Origin: an uncultured Thermus sp.
GTDB lineage: Bacteria > Deinococcota > Deinococci > Deinococcales > Thermaceae
Direction: 5' to 3'
DNA: 64,000 bases
NCBI GenBank assembly: GCA_947085095.1
Contig: CAMTVD010000018.1
Location: forward strand, 59,074-123,073
The translations under genes were made by a program, and so were the position numbers. Under the pieces are notes generated by a model, which was given only the letters and a program-made list of their open reading frames with translations, had not been told where the DNA came from and ran no database searches. Below are positions 63,865 through 64,000 of the stretch, piece by piece; position 1 is the first letter of the stretch, and every line of letters starts with the position of its first letter.

Positions 63865-64000
63865 AGTACCCTCCCCCAAGATTTTCAACTCCACACCCCC
63901 CAGGGCCTTGAGGGCCTGAACCACCGCCTCCCTAAGCTCCTCAACCCCCCCGTAGTGCCGCCGAGGCATCAAAAACCCCTTCACCCGCCGCCACACACCC
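63862..64000 (-). mobile_element. Right end of an IS630-family insertion sequence (partial transposase)
   Basis: Minus strand reads GVWRRVKGFLMPRRHYGGVEELREAVVQALKALGGVELKILGEGT*, an IS630-like W..K tail; the stop TAG includes the presumed TA target (63863-63864). Confidence 0.75.

Overview
High-GC (roughly 70% by eye) bacterial chromosomal segment, very probably Thermus: the proteins resemble T. thermophilus RuvB, Mdh, SigA, RsmC, Ask, SecA and PsrABC, many genes have a TANNNT box directly ahead of the start codon, and TCGA is avoided. Left to right: (1) a tightly coupled glycoside/galactose/glycerol operon (GPH transporter, GH31, GH2, GH36, galT, glpK, glpD); (2) ftsH, TPR protein, DUF4388 protein, ruvB, panB, rluD and an amino-methyltransferase plus PD-(D/E)xK nuclease pair; (3) purEK divergent from an SbtA/SbtB-like bicarbonate uptake pair; (4) a yybP-ykoY (Mn2+) riboswitch ahead of terC-dedA; (5) sufT, malic enzyme, nurA-herA and gcvT-H-PA-PB; (6) a polysulfide reductase island (two-component system, TorD chaperone, psrABC, exported rhodanese); (7) ribF, Nudix, a pentaheme cytochrome c, amidohydrolase, 2H phosphoesterase, sigA, rsmC, ask with its nested beta subunit, mdh and dnaG; (8) a non-canonical cyclase-STAND-TPR gene, a DUF1998 helicase, small genes, tsaD, secA and yebC; (9) a Kef-type antiporter pseudogene cut by an IS630 element at the window edge. 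Best leads: a highly iterated CCTCGAGG palindrome against near-total TCGA avoidance, a probable glycosyl-glycerol (galactolipid head-group) catabolic operon, the Cys-rich soluble sensor and operator of the Psr island, the pentaheme cytochrome lacking CxxCK, and the cyclase-STAND gene coupled to primase. All assignments come from motif recognition and counts by eye; no database search was run.
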